From positions 1-44,064 of the forward strand of contig JAUTWX010000158.1 of assembly GCA_030838385.1 (NCBI GenBank): a DNA stretch of 44,064 nucleotides, written 5' to 3'. Source of the DNA: Acidobacteriaceae bacterium. Its GTDB lineage: Bacteria > Acidobacteriota > Terriglobia > Terriglobales > Acidobacteriaceae. Shown piece after piece: positions 28,179 through 36,924 of the stretch. The notes below the pieces were generated by a model. That model did not search any database. It saw only the letters and a program-made list of their open reading frames with translations, and was not told the origin of the DNA. How positions within the stretch are numbered: the first letter of the stretch is position 1; each line of letters begins with the position of its first letter. The translations under genes were made by a program, and so were the position numbers.

Positions 28179-30773
28179 ATGCAGAGAGTCTCTCTTACGG
28201 TTGTCTCTCTTCTGCTCTCCGCAAACCTACAACCCGCGCTTTGCCAGCAGCGCTTGCTCACAGTCACGATTGAAGACAGCACAGGCGCCGCGATTCCCGC
28301 AGCCCGGGCAGTTCTGCATTGCGCCGGACGCCGGGATACAGAACGGTTTGCGGATGCAGCTGGGCTGGTGAGCTTCCCGGCCTCGCATGCCACCGCCTGT
28401 TCGATCGAAGCGGGGGCAGCGGGGTTCGCGACAGGAACTCGGGTCTTATCTGGCGTGGAAGACAATGGCGTAGAAGGCAATTTGGAAGTGGAGCTCGCTC
28501 CAGCGAGAGCTTCGATGCAGGTCATCATCTCCGCTGACATGGCTCCTTTCGCGGCAGCTTCTGCGGCAAAACAGCAAACGCTCCAGGCAAAGCAGATTGC
28601 CTCGGTTCCGGTATTCAACCCATCCACCGGCTTCACCGACATCTTGACCCGCACGACACCTGGCGTGGCGGCGGATGCAAATGGCTTCGCGCATCCGCTC
28701 GGCGAGCACGCCGACACGTCGATCTCCCTCGATGGGCAGCCGATTACGGACCAGCAGGCAAAGGTATTCTCAAACCAGATCGATCCCAACATCATTCAGA
28801 CGTTGACCGCCATCACCGGAGCACCGCCAGCAGAGTTCGGTGACAAGACCAGCCTCGTAGTGAATGTCACGACGAAGAGCGGTCTGGGGCAGAAGCCGAA
28901 CGGGATGTTGTCGAGTGAATACGGCAGTTTCGGCACCTGGGCGGAGAACCTTACGCTTGGTGCCGGTACCACGCGTTGGGGCAACTTCCTAGCGCTCGGG
29001 GCTAACGCCTCCGGTCGTTATCTGGACACGCCGGAATTCCGCCCCTTGCACGATCACGGTAATGGCGAAGGCGCGTTCGATCGCATCGATTGGCAGCCGG
29101 ACGGTGCGAACCTCCTACACCTGAACCTCGGACTCGGGCGCTCCTGGTTCCAGACGCCGAACAGCTATGACGGCGCAGCGGCTGGACAGGACGAGCGCAG
29201 TCAGATCCGTAACGCCAATGTCGCGTTCAGCTGGAACCATGTCTTTACTTCGTCGTTCCTTGCTTCCTTCACGCCGTTCTACCGGCACGATGAGGCACAA
29301 TATCTCCCTTCGTCGAACCTGCTTTCCGACGCCACAGCGACCCTGGCGCAGAACCGCACCTTGACCAACGTGGGCTTTCGATTGGAAGGCGAGTACGCGC
29401 GCGGAGCGCACACGGCGAAAATCGGCGGTACCTATTGGCACACGCTGTTACACGAGCGCTTCGAGGTGGGGTTGACCGATCCGCTGTACAACGCTTTGTG
29501 TGTCAACGGCTCCGGCGCTCCGGTCGCGGCAACGAGCATCCTCAACATTGCGGATTGTGCTGCTGCCGGTTTCGCACCAAACCCGAAATTTCTGCCGAAC
29601 CTGCTGCACTACGATTTCACTCGCGGAGGCACGCTCTATCGCTTCGACAAGAGTGCCGATGTGAGTGAGAGTGCGCTCTACGCACAGGACGATATCAAGC
29701 TGGGCAATTGGCTGTTGAATCCCGGCCTGCGCTACGACATGTACAACGGCCTGAGCCGGGGCAGACAGGTGGAACCGCGCTTCGGCTTGAGCTGGCGCAC
29801 ACCCTGGAGCCATACGACGCTGCTTCGTGGCTCCTATGCGCGTCTCTACGAAACTCCCTACAACGAAAACCTGATCTTCGCCAACGAAAGCTCCGCGAAC
29901 AGCACAGGTATAAACCCGTTTGCGAGCTACCGTTCCGAGCCGGTTCGGCCAGGAACCCGCAACCAGTTCAATATCGGCTTTGGCCAGGGCTTCGGCAGGT
30001 ATCTCAACGTGGATGCCGACTATTACTGGAAGTTCACACACAACGACTTCGACTTCGACACGCTCTTCAACACGCCGATTACCTTCAGTGTGGCCTGGCG
30101 CAAATCGAAGATCGACGGCATGGCGCTCCGCGTCAATCTCGATAACTTCCACGGCCTGACTGCCTACAGCGTCATGGGCCACGTCCGCGACCGCTTCTTT
30201 ACCCCGGAAGTCGGCCGCCTGATCTTTAACAGCGTTCCAGCAAGCCCGGTCTTTCGTATCGACCATGGTGAAGAGTTCGAGCAGACGACCGATGTGCGCT
30301 ACCAGCTTACGTCTCCGTTTGTGGGCAAACATCGTCCGTGGCTTTCCGGGACATGGCGTTACAACAGCGGTCTGGCGCTGCCTGATACTGTTCCCACGTA
30401 TCTCGACGCGCTGGTGTTGACAGCCGATGAGCAGGCACAGATGGGACTGCACTGCGGAGATCAATACGCCACACCCACACACGCCATTCGGCAATGTAGC
30501 GCTGCTGCCTTCGGAGTGACTCGCGTCCGCATCCGCGCGTATGGCACGGAAAACGATGATAAGAATCCGGTCCGCGTTACACCGCGTACGCTGTTTGATT
30601 TTTCAGCCGGCGACGACAGTCTGCTGAAGATGGAGCGGGTTACGGTCGGAGCCCACGCAGGCGTGCTGAATGCAACCAACCAGGTGGCGCTCTACGATTT
30701 TCTGTCGACCTTCAGCGGAACGCATTTTGTCCCCCCCCGCAGCCTTCAGGTTGGAATCCAGATCTCGTTCTAG
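28179..30773 (+). CDS. TonB-dependent outer-membrane receptor with N-terminal carboxypeptidase-regulatory-like domain
   Basis: Signal peptide; DSTGAAIPAA; plug PGV...LDGQPI...PAEFG; ALYAQD, GLRYD, EPRFG; C-terminal Phe (QVGIQISF). Confidence 0.88.
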   Translation: MQRVSLTVVSLLLSANLQPALCQQRLLTVTIEDSTGAAIPAARAVLHCAGRRDTERFADAAGLVSFPASHATACSIEAGAAGFATGTRVLSGVEDNGVEGNLEVELAPARASMQVIISADMAPFAAASAAKQQTLQAKQIASVPVFNPSTGFTDILTRTTPGVAADANGFAHPLGEHADTSISLDGQPITDQQAKVFSNQIDPNIIQTLTAITGAPPAEFGDKTSLVVNVTTKSGLGQKPNGMLSSEYGSFGTWAENLTLGAGTTRWGNFLALGANASGRYLDTPEFRPLHDHGNGEGAFDRIDWQPDGANLLHLNLGLGRSWFQTPNSYDGAAAGQDERSQIRNANVAFSWNHVFTSSFLASFTPFYRHDEAQYLPSSNLLSDATATLAQNRTLTNVGFRLEGEYARGAHTAKIGGTYWHTLLHERFEVGLTDPLYNALCVNGSGAPVAATSILNIADCAAAGFAPNPKFLPNLLHYDFTRGGTLYRFDKSADVSESALYAQDDIKLGNWLLNPGLRYDMYNGLSRGRQVEPRFGLSWRTPWSHTTLLRGSYARLYETPYNENLIFANESSANSTGINPFASYRSEPVRPGTRNQFNIGFGQGFGRYLNVDADYYWKFTHNDFDFDTLFNTPITFSVAWRKSKIDGMALRVNLDNFHGLTAYSVMGHVRDRFFTPEVGRLIFNSVPASPVFRIDHGEEFEQTTDVRYQLTSPFVGKHRPWLSGTWRYNSGLALPDTVPTYLDALVLTADEQAQMGLHCGDQYATPTHAIRQCSAAAFGVTRVRIRAYGTENDDKNPVRVTPRTLFDFSAGDDSLLKMERVTVGAHAGVLNATNQVALYDFLSTFSGTHFVPPRSLQVGIQISF

Positions 30774-30886
30774 AGCTTTTTCACTGTTACGGAATACAGC
30801 CAAGCTCCGCGAAGTGTGGCTTTTGTTGACGGAAAAGCCACGTGGAAAGTGGCGCGCGTGTATACATCTACAGTGAAAATGCTCTA
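30771..30886 (-). mobile_element. 116-bp MITE-like repeat, copy B (inverted relative to copy A)
   Basis: 17-bp terminal inverted repeats TAGAGCTTTTTCACTGT / ACAGTGAAAATGCTCTA (16/17 match); begins at the receptor's TAG stop. Confidence 0.75.
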
Positions 30887-31023
30887 ACTGCAAAAGTCAG
30901 AAACGTTCGCACAGTTGGATTTTCTGTATAGCTTCTGGTGGTTGGACGGCAAACCCATCCCGAGCACTGGCGTGACCTGTTGAGGAGCGGCGAGGCGGCC
31001 GTCCGTCGTAAAATGGAATTGCG

Positions 31024-31575
31024 ATGTTGATTACTGTTGCGGATCTTCGGCTTGATCCTGTTGAGTTTGACGAGCACTTTTCTGTCGATGCGATCGATTA
31101 CGGGCCGGACATCCGGCAGGTGGGCGTTCTGGATGCCAAGGGGCGCGCGGACCTGATCGAGGAGCACCGGGGGCACAAGCAGGTGGTGCCGGATATCCGG
31201 ATGCGCGGCGATTACTCTGCTCGTTTCGAGATGCCCTGTGCGCGGTGCGTGGAGGCGGTGGAGCACCAGTTGGAGGCGTCGTTCGACCTGCTGTACCGGC
31301 CGATCGGGGTGGACGCCACTGGGGCGGAGCGCGCCATCTCGACCTCCGAGACCGAGATCGGATACTATAACGGAGACGGTCTAGTGCTGGAAGACGTCTT
31401 GCGCGAGCAGGTGTTGTTGTCCCTGCCGGAGAAGGCTCTTTGTCGCGCGGACTGCAAGGGGCTTTGCCCAGGCTGTGGCCGGAACCTGAATACAGAGCAA
31501 TGTTCCTGCGCATCGACGGAAGCCGATCCGCGCTGGAGTGCTCTGTCAGATCTGCGCAGCAAGATCAAGTCTTAG
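31024..31575 (+). CDS. yceD: YceD/DUF177 family protein
   Basis: CARC...REQVLLSLP..LCRADCKGLCPGCG.NLN...DPRW..L; directly upstream of rpmF. Confidence 0.9.
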   Translation: MLITVADLRLDPVEFDEHFSVDAIDYGPDIRQVGVLDAKGRADLIEEHRGHKQVVPDIRMRGDYSARFEMPCARCVEAVEHQLEASFDLLYRPIGVDATGAERAISTSETEIGYYNGDGLVLEDVLREQVLLSLPEKALCRADCKGLCPGCGRNLNTEQCSCASTEADPRWSALSDLRSKIKS

Positions 31576-31660
31576 AAGCACGAGGCCGGGAGACCGGCGC
31601 CGCGAACCGATGATGTAACCCGCGGGCGCCTGTCGATGGCTGGATCGAAAGGAATCTGTC

Positions 31661-31843
31661 ATGCCGAATCCGAAGCGGCGCCACTCCAAGGCCCGCACCT
31701 CCAAGCGTCGCGCGCACGATGCGCTGACCGCCACCGGCCTCTCCGAGTGTCCGAACTGCCACGAGCGCAAGCTGCCCCACCATGTGTGCGCCAAGTGCGG
31801 CTTTTACAAGGGCCGCGAAGTGCTCGAGGCGAAAGAAGCGTAA
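31661..31843 (+). CDS. rpmF: 50S ribosomal protein L32 (Zn-binding form)
   Basis: MPNPKRRHSKAR...CPNC...PHHVCAKCGFYKGREV. Confidence 0.97.
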   Translation: MPNPKRRHSKARTSKRRAHDALTATGLSECPNCHERKLPHHVCAKCGFYKGREVLEAKEA

Positions 31844-31886
31844 CGGCGGAATTTCCGATAGTCTGCGAAATCGACAGGGGAGATGA

Positions 31887-31912
31887 GCGGCTTTTCTTAA
31901 CGGAAAAGCTGC
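31887..31912. repeat. Stem-loop repeat GCGGCTTTTC-TTAACG-GAAAAGCTGC
   Basis: Same family as 19815-19840 and the hairpin inside both MITE copies. Confidence 0.7.
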
Positions 31913-31970
31913 GTCGGCAGAGGGCTATGGATCAGATTGCACGGAAATCCGCACGTCCAGGCATATCACT

Positions 31971-32978
31971 GTGTCGCTGACGGACATCGCCCTGGATGCC
32001 ATGGGCTCGGACCTCGCGCCCGGCCCGGAGATTCGCGGAGCCCTTCTTGCCTGCCGTGCCTTTCCCGTTCGCGTTCACCTGATCGGTCCTGAGGCGAGGC
32101 TGCGCGCCGGCCTCGGCGTGCTGGGCCGTCGTGTGCCTATCGAGATCGTTCATACGGACGAGTGGATCACGATGGACGACAAGGCGGCAAAGGCGGTTCG
32201 CGAAAAGCGCAACAGCACCATGCGGCTGGGTCTGAAGATGGTGAAGGAGCGGCGGGCTGCCGGCTTTGTGACCGCGGGCAACACCGGGGCGGCGATGGCC
32301 TCCGCCAAGATGGTGCTGGGCGCGCTGCCCGGCGTGGACCGCCCGGCGCTGGCGATGCCCCTGCCCACGACGACCGGCTCGCCCTGCGTGCTGCTGGACG
32401 TAGGGGCGAACGTCGACTGCAAGGTACAGAACCTGGCGCAGTTCGCCATCATGGGCGAGATGTATGCGCGCTCCGTGTTGCTGATCGAAAAGCCTCGGGT
32501 CGGTCTGCTTTCCATCGGCGAAGAGGAGAGCAAGGGCAACGAACTGACACGCGAGGCGCTGCAGGTGCTGAAGCAGTTGCCGATCCGCTTTATCGGCAAT
32601 GTAGAGGGACGCGACCTGTACAACGGCCACGCGGACGTGATTGTGTGCGACGGCTTTGTGGGCAACGTGGCGCTGAAGACCTCCGAAGGCCTGGGCCGCA
32701 TGGTGCGCGAGATGCTGCGTGAGTCGCTGATGTCGACGGTGAGCGGACGCGCCGGAGCGCTGCTGGCGCGGCGCGGCTTCAAGGAGTTCAAGAAGCGCTT
32801 CGACCAGTCCGAGTATGGCGGCGCGCCGCTGCTGGGGGTGCGCGGACCCTGCATTATCACGCACGGCTCAGCGGACGATCGCGCGATCCTCAACAGCATT
32901 CGGGTGGCGGCGGAGTTTGCTTCCTCCGGCGTGACGGACCGGATCGAGCGCGAGTTCAGCGCGCCCACCGTTTCGTAG
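31971..32978 (+). CDS. plsX: Phosphate acyltransferase PlsX
   Basis: IALDAMGSD.AP, AGNTGA, GVDRPAL, LDVGAN, IGEEESKG, DGFVGNVALK, HGS. Confidence 0.96.
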   Translation: MSLTDIALDAMGSDLAPGPEIRGALLACRAFPVRVHLIGPEARLRAGLGVLGRRVPIEIVHTDEWITMDDKAAKAVREKRNSTMRLGLKMVKERRAAGFVTAGNTGAAMASAKMVLGALPGVDRPALAMPLPTTTGSPCVLLDVGANVDCKVQNLAQFAIMGEMYARSVLLIEKPRVGLLSIGEEESKGNELTREALQVLKQLPIRFIGNVEGRDLYNGHADVIVCDGFVGNVALKTSEGLGRMVREMLRESLMSTVSGRAGALLARRGFKEFKKRFDQSEYGGAPLLGVRGPCIITHGSADDRAILNSIRVAAEFASSGVTDRIEREFSAPTVS

Positions 32979-33039
32979 CGATTTCAGACACGATCAGCTG
33001 ATACGCCATTGCCGCGATTTGTGCTGCCCGGCACAAACT

Positions 33040-33068
33040 GCAGGTCCTTCGCCGCGCTCAAGAGGACA
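33040..33068. repeat. REP-like repeat, copy 2
   Basis: GCAGGTCCTTCGCCGCGCTCAAGAGGACA shares its 5' 11-mer with 8854-8864. Confidence 0.55.
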
Positions 33069-33197
33069 CCATTCAAAGAATGGCACTGCTCGCGGCACCT
33101 TAGCGATATTTCCAGCGAATGAAATATGAATTGGGCCGGCAGGCACCGTCCGTGCACCATCGTGCGAGAATTGCGCTTTGTTGTGAATGAACGAACT

Positions 33198-34136
33198 ATG
33201 AGCGATCAGAAGATTGCATTTCTTTTCCCCGGGCAGGGTTCGCAGGCGGTGGGGATGGGCCGCGACCTTGCCGAGAAGTTCACCGTGGCACGGGATACTT
33301 TTGCCGAGGCCGATGCGGCGCTGGACTACTCGCTGTCGAAGCTGTGCTTCGAAGGGCCGGCGGAGCAGTTGAAGCAGACGGAGTTTACGCAGCCCGCAAT
33401 TTTTGCGGTGTCGATGGCGGCCTATCGCGTGCTGGCATCGCGCGGCGTTGATCCGCAGATTGCTGCCGGGCATTCGCTCGGCGAGTATGCTGCGTGCGCG
33501 GCGGCGGGCGTGATGAGCTTTGCGGATGCGATCCGAGCGCTGCGGTCGCGCGGCAAGTTCATGCAGGAAGCAGTGCCGGAGGGCCAGGGCGCAATGGCCG
33601 CGGTGCTGGGGCTGGATGCGGACGCGGTAAGGGACGTGTGCAAGGCGGCGGCGGATGAAACGAAGGAGATCGTATCTCCAGCGAACCTGAATTCGCCGGA
33701 GCAGATTGTGATCTCCGGCAGCGCGGCGGGGGTGGCGCGGGCGAGCGAGCTGGCGCGAGAGAGGGGCGCGAAGAAGGTGGTGCCGCTGCAGGTATCCGCT
33801 CCCTTCCATTGCGCGCTGATGCAGCCGGCGCAGGAGCGGCTCGCAGAGGTGTTGAAGACGATCGAGGTGCAGGATCCGCGCTTCCCTATCGTGTCAAATG
33901 TCACCGCAGATGTGACAAAACGGGGCGGACGGGAGCGCGACCTGCTGATCGAGCAGGTGACGGCTCCGGTGCGGTGGGTGGAGTCGATGCGCTGCATGAT
34001 GGACGCGGGTGCGAGCACCTTCGTCGAAGTGGGGCCAGGGAAGGTACTGAGCGGGCTGCTACGGCAGATGGACCGCGCGCAGAAGTGCGTGAATGTGGAG
34101 GATGCGGCGAGTCTGGACAAGGCCCTGGCTGGGTGA
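33198..34136 (+). CDS. fabD: Malonyl-CoA:ACP transacylase
   Basis: FLFPGQGSQ.VGMG, TQPAI, GHSLGEY, VSAPFHC, PVRWVES, EVGPGKVLSGL. Confidence 0.97.
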   Translation: MSDQKIAFLFPGQGSQAVGMGRDLAEKFTVARDTFAEADAALDYSLSKLCFEGPAEQLKQTEFTQPAIFAVSMAAYRVLASRGVDPQIAAGHSLGEYAACAAAGVMSFADAIRALRSRGKFMQEAVPEGQGAMAAVLGLDADAVRDVCKAAADETKEIVSPANLNSPEQIVISGSAAGVARASELARERGAKKVVPLQVSAPFHCALMQPAQERLAEVLKTIEVQDPRFPIVSNVTADVTKRGGRERDLLIEQVTAPVRWVESMRCMMDAGASTFVEVGPGKVLSGLLRQMDRAQKCVNVEDAASLDKALAG

Positions 34137-34251
34137 CTTGCCCTCTCGGGGTGACTTGCCGTCACGGGCAACGGTGCCGGCGGCGCATTTTGTGGGGTTC
34201 GCTCCCTTTAGTCGCTCACGTTGGGACGGGGTGGCTAACTCGGCCGGAAAA

Positions 34252-34347
34252 GCAGATCCCTCCACTCGCTGCGCTTCGGTCGGGATGACGATGCTGTAGG
34301 TGGGAGGCAACGGCTGATAAAACTACAGGCCTTCGCACAGGATGACA
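34252..34347. repeat. REP-like repeat, copies 3 and 4
   Basis: GCAGATCCCTCC...GGTCGGGATGAC (34252-34289) and ACAGGCCTTCGCACAGGATGACA (34325-34347), between convergent genes. Confidence 0.55.
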
Positions 34348-34366
34348 CTGCTCGTTCACGCCATCT

Positions 34367-34861
34367 TTATTGGTAGCTGATCTGCCAGTAGGTGAGGCCG
34401 AACTGGCCTTTCTGCGGGGTGAGCGAGAAGGGCGTGAAGCCGATGGTGCCGTGCGAGACGCCGAGGGTGAGCAGCGATTTGCGGCCGTTGACGCTGACTG
34501 CCATCAGCGTGCTGTTGCCGAGGCTCGAAGTGGCGTACAGAATTTTGTGGCTGGTGATCTTGCCGTACTCGCCGTTCAGACTCCAGTCATCAAGGAATTT
34601 GTTATAGGGGTAGGCGGCGTTTTTGTATTTATCGGGGTGCTGCTGCCAGTCGGGGTCGTTGTTCCAGATGCCGTAGGCTTGCTCGAAGTGCTGCTGCTCC
34701 AATGCGGCAAAGAAGCGGTTGACGCGGTGCTCTGCCGGCCAGTTCCAGCAGGTCCAGACCAGGATGGCGATGACAAGTACGCCGATAAGTGACGCGATGA
34801 TGGTCCTGCGTCGTTTGCGGGCGCGGGCGGCGTTATAAGCAGGGGCGTCGAGCAGAGTCAT
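34367..34861 (-). CDS. Single-TM-anchored hypothetical protein
   Basis: MTLLDAP...basic stretch, TM helix, periplasmic domain (EHRVNRFFAALE...AYGIW); TACAAT upstream. Confidence 0.75.
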   Translation of the reverse strand: MTLLDAPAYNAARARKRRRTIIASLIGVLVIAILVWTCWNWPAEHRVNRFFAALEQQHFEQAYGIWNNDPDWQQHPDKYKNAAYPYNKFLDDWSLNGEYGKITSHKILYATSSLGNSTLMAVSVNGRKSLLTLGVSHGTIGFTPFSLTPQKGQFGLTYWQISYQ

Positions 34862-34997
34862 GGGCGTCTCGGGAGCATTGTAGAGCGACAGGGCGGAGCC
34901 GTGCCTGACACTTGAGACACCGCTGGCCTCCCGCTTGTTCCCTTTTCCTTGTGCCCTCTTCTTGGGATGCAAGGGGAAGGAGCCATCCGTGCTCGAG

Positions 34998-36458
34998 TCA
35001 GCTGCTCTGCAGGGGTTTGGAGATCGATTCCAGCGATTTGCCCGCCGCTTCCACGCCGAAGCTGGCCTCGCAGATAGCGGCGGCAATCATAAGCAGAGCT
35101 CCGAGGCCGTAGCCGAGCGCGAGCAGCAGGCGGGAGTGAGTCTGGATGAGCAGTCCGAAGAGCAGCGGTGCTCCCACGCCGCCGACGAGCGTGCCCAAGG
35201 CGTAGAACACAGCGATGGCGAAGGCGCGGAGTTCGAGCGGGAAGATCTCGCTGACGGTGAGATATGCGGCACTGGCGGCGGAGGAGGCGATCAAGAAGAC
35301 AATGCTGAAGCAGATGCCAACTCCCTTGGCACCGAGATGGCCCATCGCGAAGGGCACAGCCGTGGCAGCCAGCAGCAGACCGGCGCAGCCGTAGGTGATG
35401 GAGATCATCTTTTTACGGCCGACGGTATCGAACAGGCGGCCAATGGTGAGCGGGCCAAGGAAACTGGCGATGGCGAAGGGCAGCAGGTGCCACGGGATCT
35501 GTTTATCGGTGACATGGAAGAAGGTCTTTCCGACCAGGCCATAGCTGAAGAAGACCGCGTTGAAGAAGAAGGCCTGGGCGACCATCAGGATGAGTCCCAG
35601 ATACGTGCGCTGCCGGTTTTCGCCCAGCATGTTGCCGAAGATGTCGCGCCAGGGCGTGTGGTCGCGCACCTTGATCTTCAGCGGATCGCCCTCTGGTTTT
35701 GGCAGTGAATCGGGCTGGTTATGGCTGGCCTTCGATTCGATGTTCTGCACTATATCGTCGGCGCGCTGCTCCTGGCCGCGCAGCATGAGCCAGCGCGGGC
35801 TCTCCGGCACCGAGAGACGGAGAAAGAAGATGACGATGCCGAGCAGGCCGCCGATGGCAAAGGCAAAACGCCAACTGTGCTCTCCGCCGATGGCATGTCC
35901 GCTTAGCAGGTAAATGGAGGCGAGTGAGCCGACGGCGCCGCCGACCCAGAAGGTGCCGTTGACAATGAGGTCGACGGTGCCGCGAATGCGTCCGGGTATC
36001 AACTCGTCCACTGCGGAGTTGATGGCGGCATACTCGCCGCCGATGCCGATGCCGATGCCGGTGACGGAGCGGAGGATGGCGAAGGAGAGAAAGTTCCAGG
36101 AAAAGGCGCTGGCGAGTGTGGCGAGCGAATAGGTGGCGACGGTGACCAGAAAGAGGCGCTTGCGGCCGAGGCGATCTGTGAGATAGCCGAAGAGCAGCGC
36201 ACCGCATACGGCTCCTGCAAGATAAGTCGTCGCAGCGGCGGTGACCTGTGCGTCGGTGAGCGAGAGGCCCTGGGGCGATGTAAGGATGCCGGCGAGCGAG
36301 CCGACGAGAGTGACCTCCAGTCCATCCAGCAGCCAGGATGTGCCAAGCGCCGTGAGGATGCGGAGGTGCCAGCCGGACCAGGGAAGCCGGTCGAGGCGCG
36401 CCGGGATTCTGGTCTCGAGAGTCTGGCCGTTGGGAACCGTGCGGGCGGAAGTGGACAT
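34998..36458 (-). CDS. MFS transporter (sugar-porter/metabolite-like)
   Basis: RLDRLPWS.WH, DRLGRKR, GIGGEYAA..S..DE..P...RG, VPESPRWL, SEIFP...R. Confidence 0.9.
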   Translation of the reverse strand: MSTSARTVPNGQTLETRIPARLDRLPWSGWHLRILTALGTSWLLDGLEVTLVGSLAGILTSPQGLSLTDAQVTAAATTYLAGAVCGALLFGYLTDRLGRKRLFLVTVATYSLATLASAFSWNFLSFAILRSVTGIGIGIGGEYAAINSAVDELIPGRIRGTVDLIVNGTFWVGGAVGSLASIYLLSGHAIGGEHSWRFAFAIGGLLGIVIFFLRLSVPESPRWLMLRGQEQRADDIVQNIESKASHNQPDSLPKPEGDPLKIKVRDHTPWRDIFGNMLGENRQRTYLGLILMVAQAFFFNAVFFSYGLVGKTFFHVTDKQIPWHLLPFAIASFLGPLTIGRLFDTVGRKKMISITYGCAGLLLAATAVPFAMGHLGAKGVGICFSIVFLIASSAASAAYLTVSEIFPLELRAFAIAVFYALGTLVGGVGAPLLFGLLIQTHSRLLLALGYGLGALLMIAAAICEASFGVEAAGKSLESISKPLQSS

Positions 36459-36489
36459 GAGGAGCCTTGAGGGCATAGAGAAGGGCGAG

Positions 36490-36924
36490 TTATGGTTTGG
36501 CTTGTTTGGAGAGAATGCTGATCTGGCCGTTGCGCTCAAGGATGGCGTAGTCGATCTCATCCAGACTGCGGAAGCCCTTGCTGCGCGCGGCGGCGAGCAC
36601 GTCCTCAGGAGCTATTTGCCAATCTCCAGTTTTGTAAATGACCAGCGGAATGCCGTCGGCCAGCAGGCCTATGCGGCGCCAGCGGTTGCGAGCGTAGGAG
36701 ACCGCGCGATGCAGAAGGCCCACCATGATGACTGCGCATGTGGCGTTGGTGAGGGAGCGGTCATTGCCCAGCGTGGAGGCGATGATGATGCCGCCCATGA
36801 GGAAGATGAGGACGAATTCAAAGAGCGTGAGCTGCGAGCCGGGACGCCGGGTGAGCAGACGGATGGTGAGCAGAAGGATGAAGTATCCGGCGAAGGCGTG
36901 GAGAAGCGCAGCGAGGGCAGTCAT
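36490..36924 (-). CDS. DUF421/YetF-family membrane protein (paralogue 2)
   Basis: RR..SQLT.FEFVL...GG; DG.PLV; AILERNGQISI; short internal deletion relative to paralogue 1. Confidence 0.8.
   Translation of the reverse strand: MTALAALLHAFAGYFILLLTIRLLTRRPGSQLTLFEFVLIFLMGGIIIASTLGNDRSLTNATCAVIMVGLLHRAVSYARNRWRRIGLLADGIPLVIYKTGDWQIAPEDVLAAARSKGFRSLDEIDYAILERNGQISILSKQAKP

Noticed and set aside
22571-30886. Composite transposon bounded by the two MITE copies
   Set aside because: The copies are about 16% diverged, each sits at an independent stop codon, there is no transposase, and the interval is heterogeneous.
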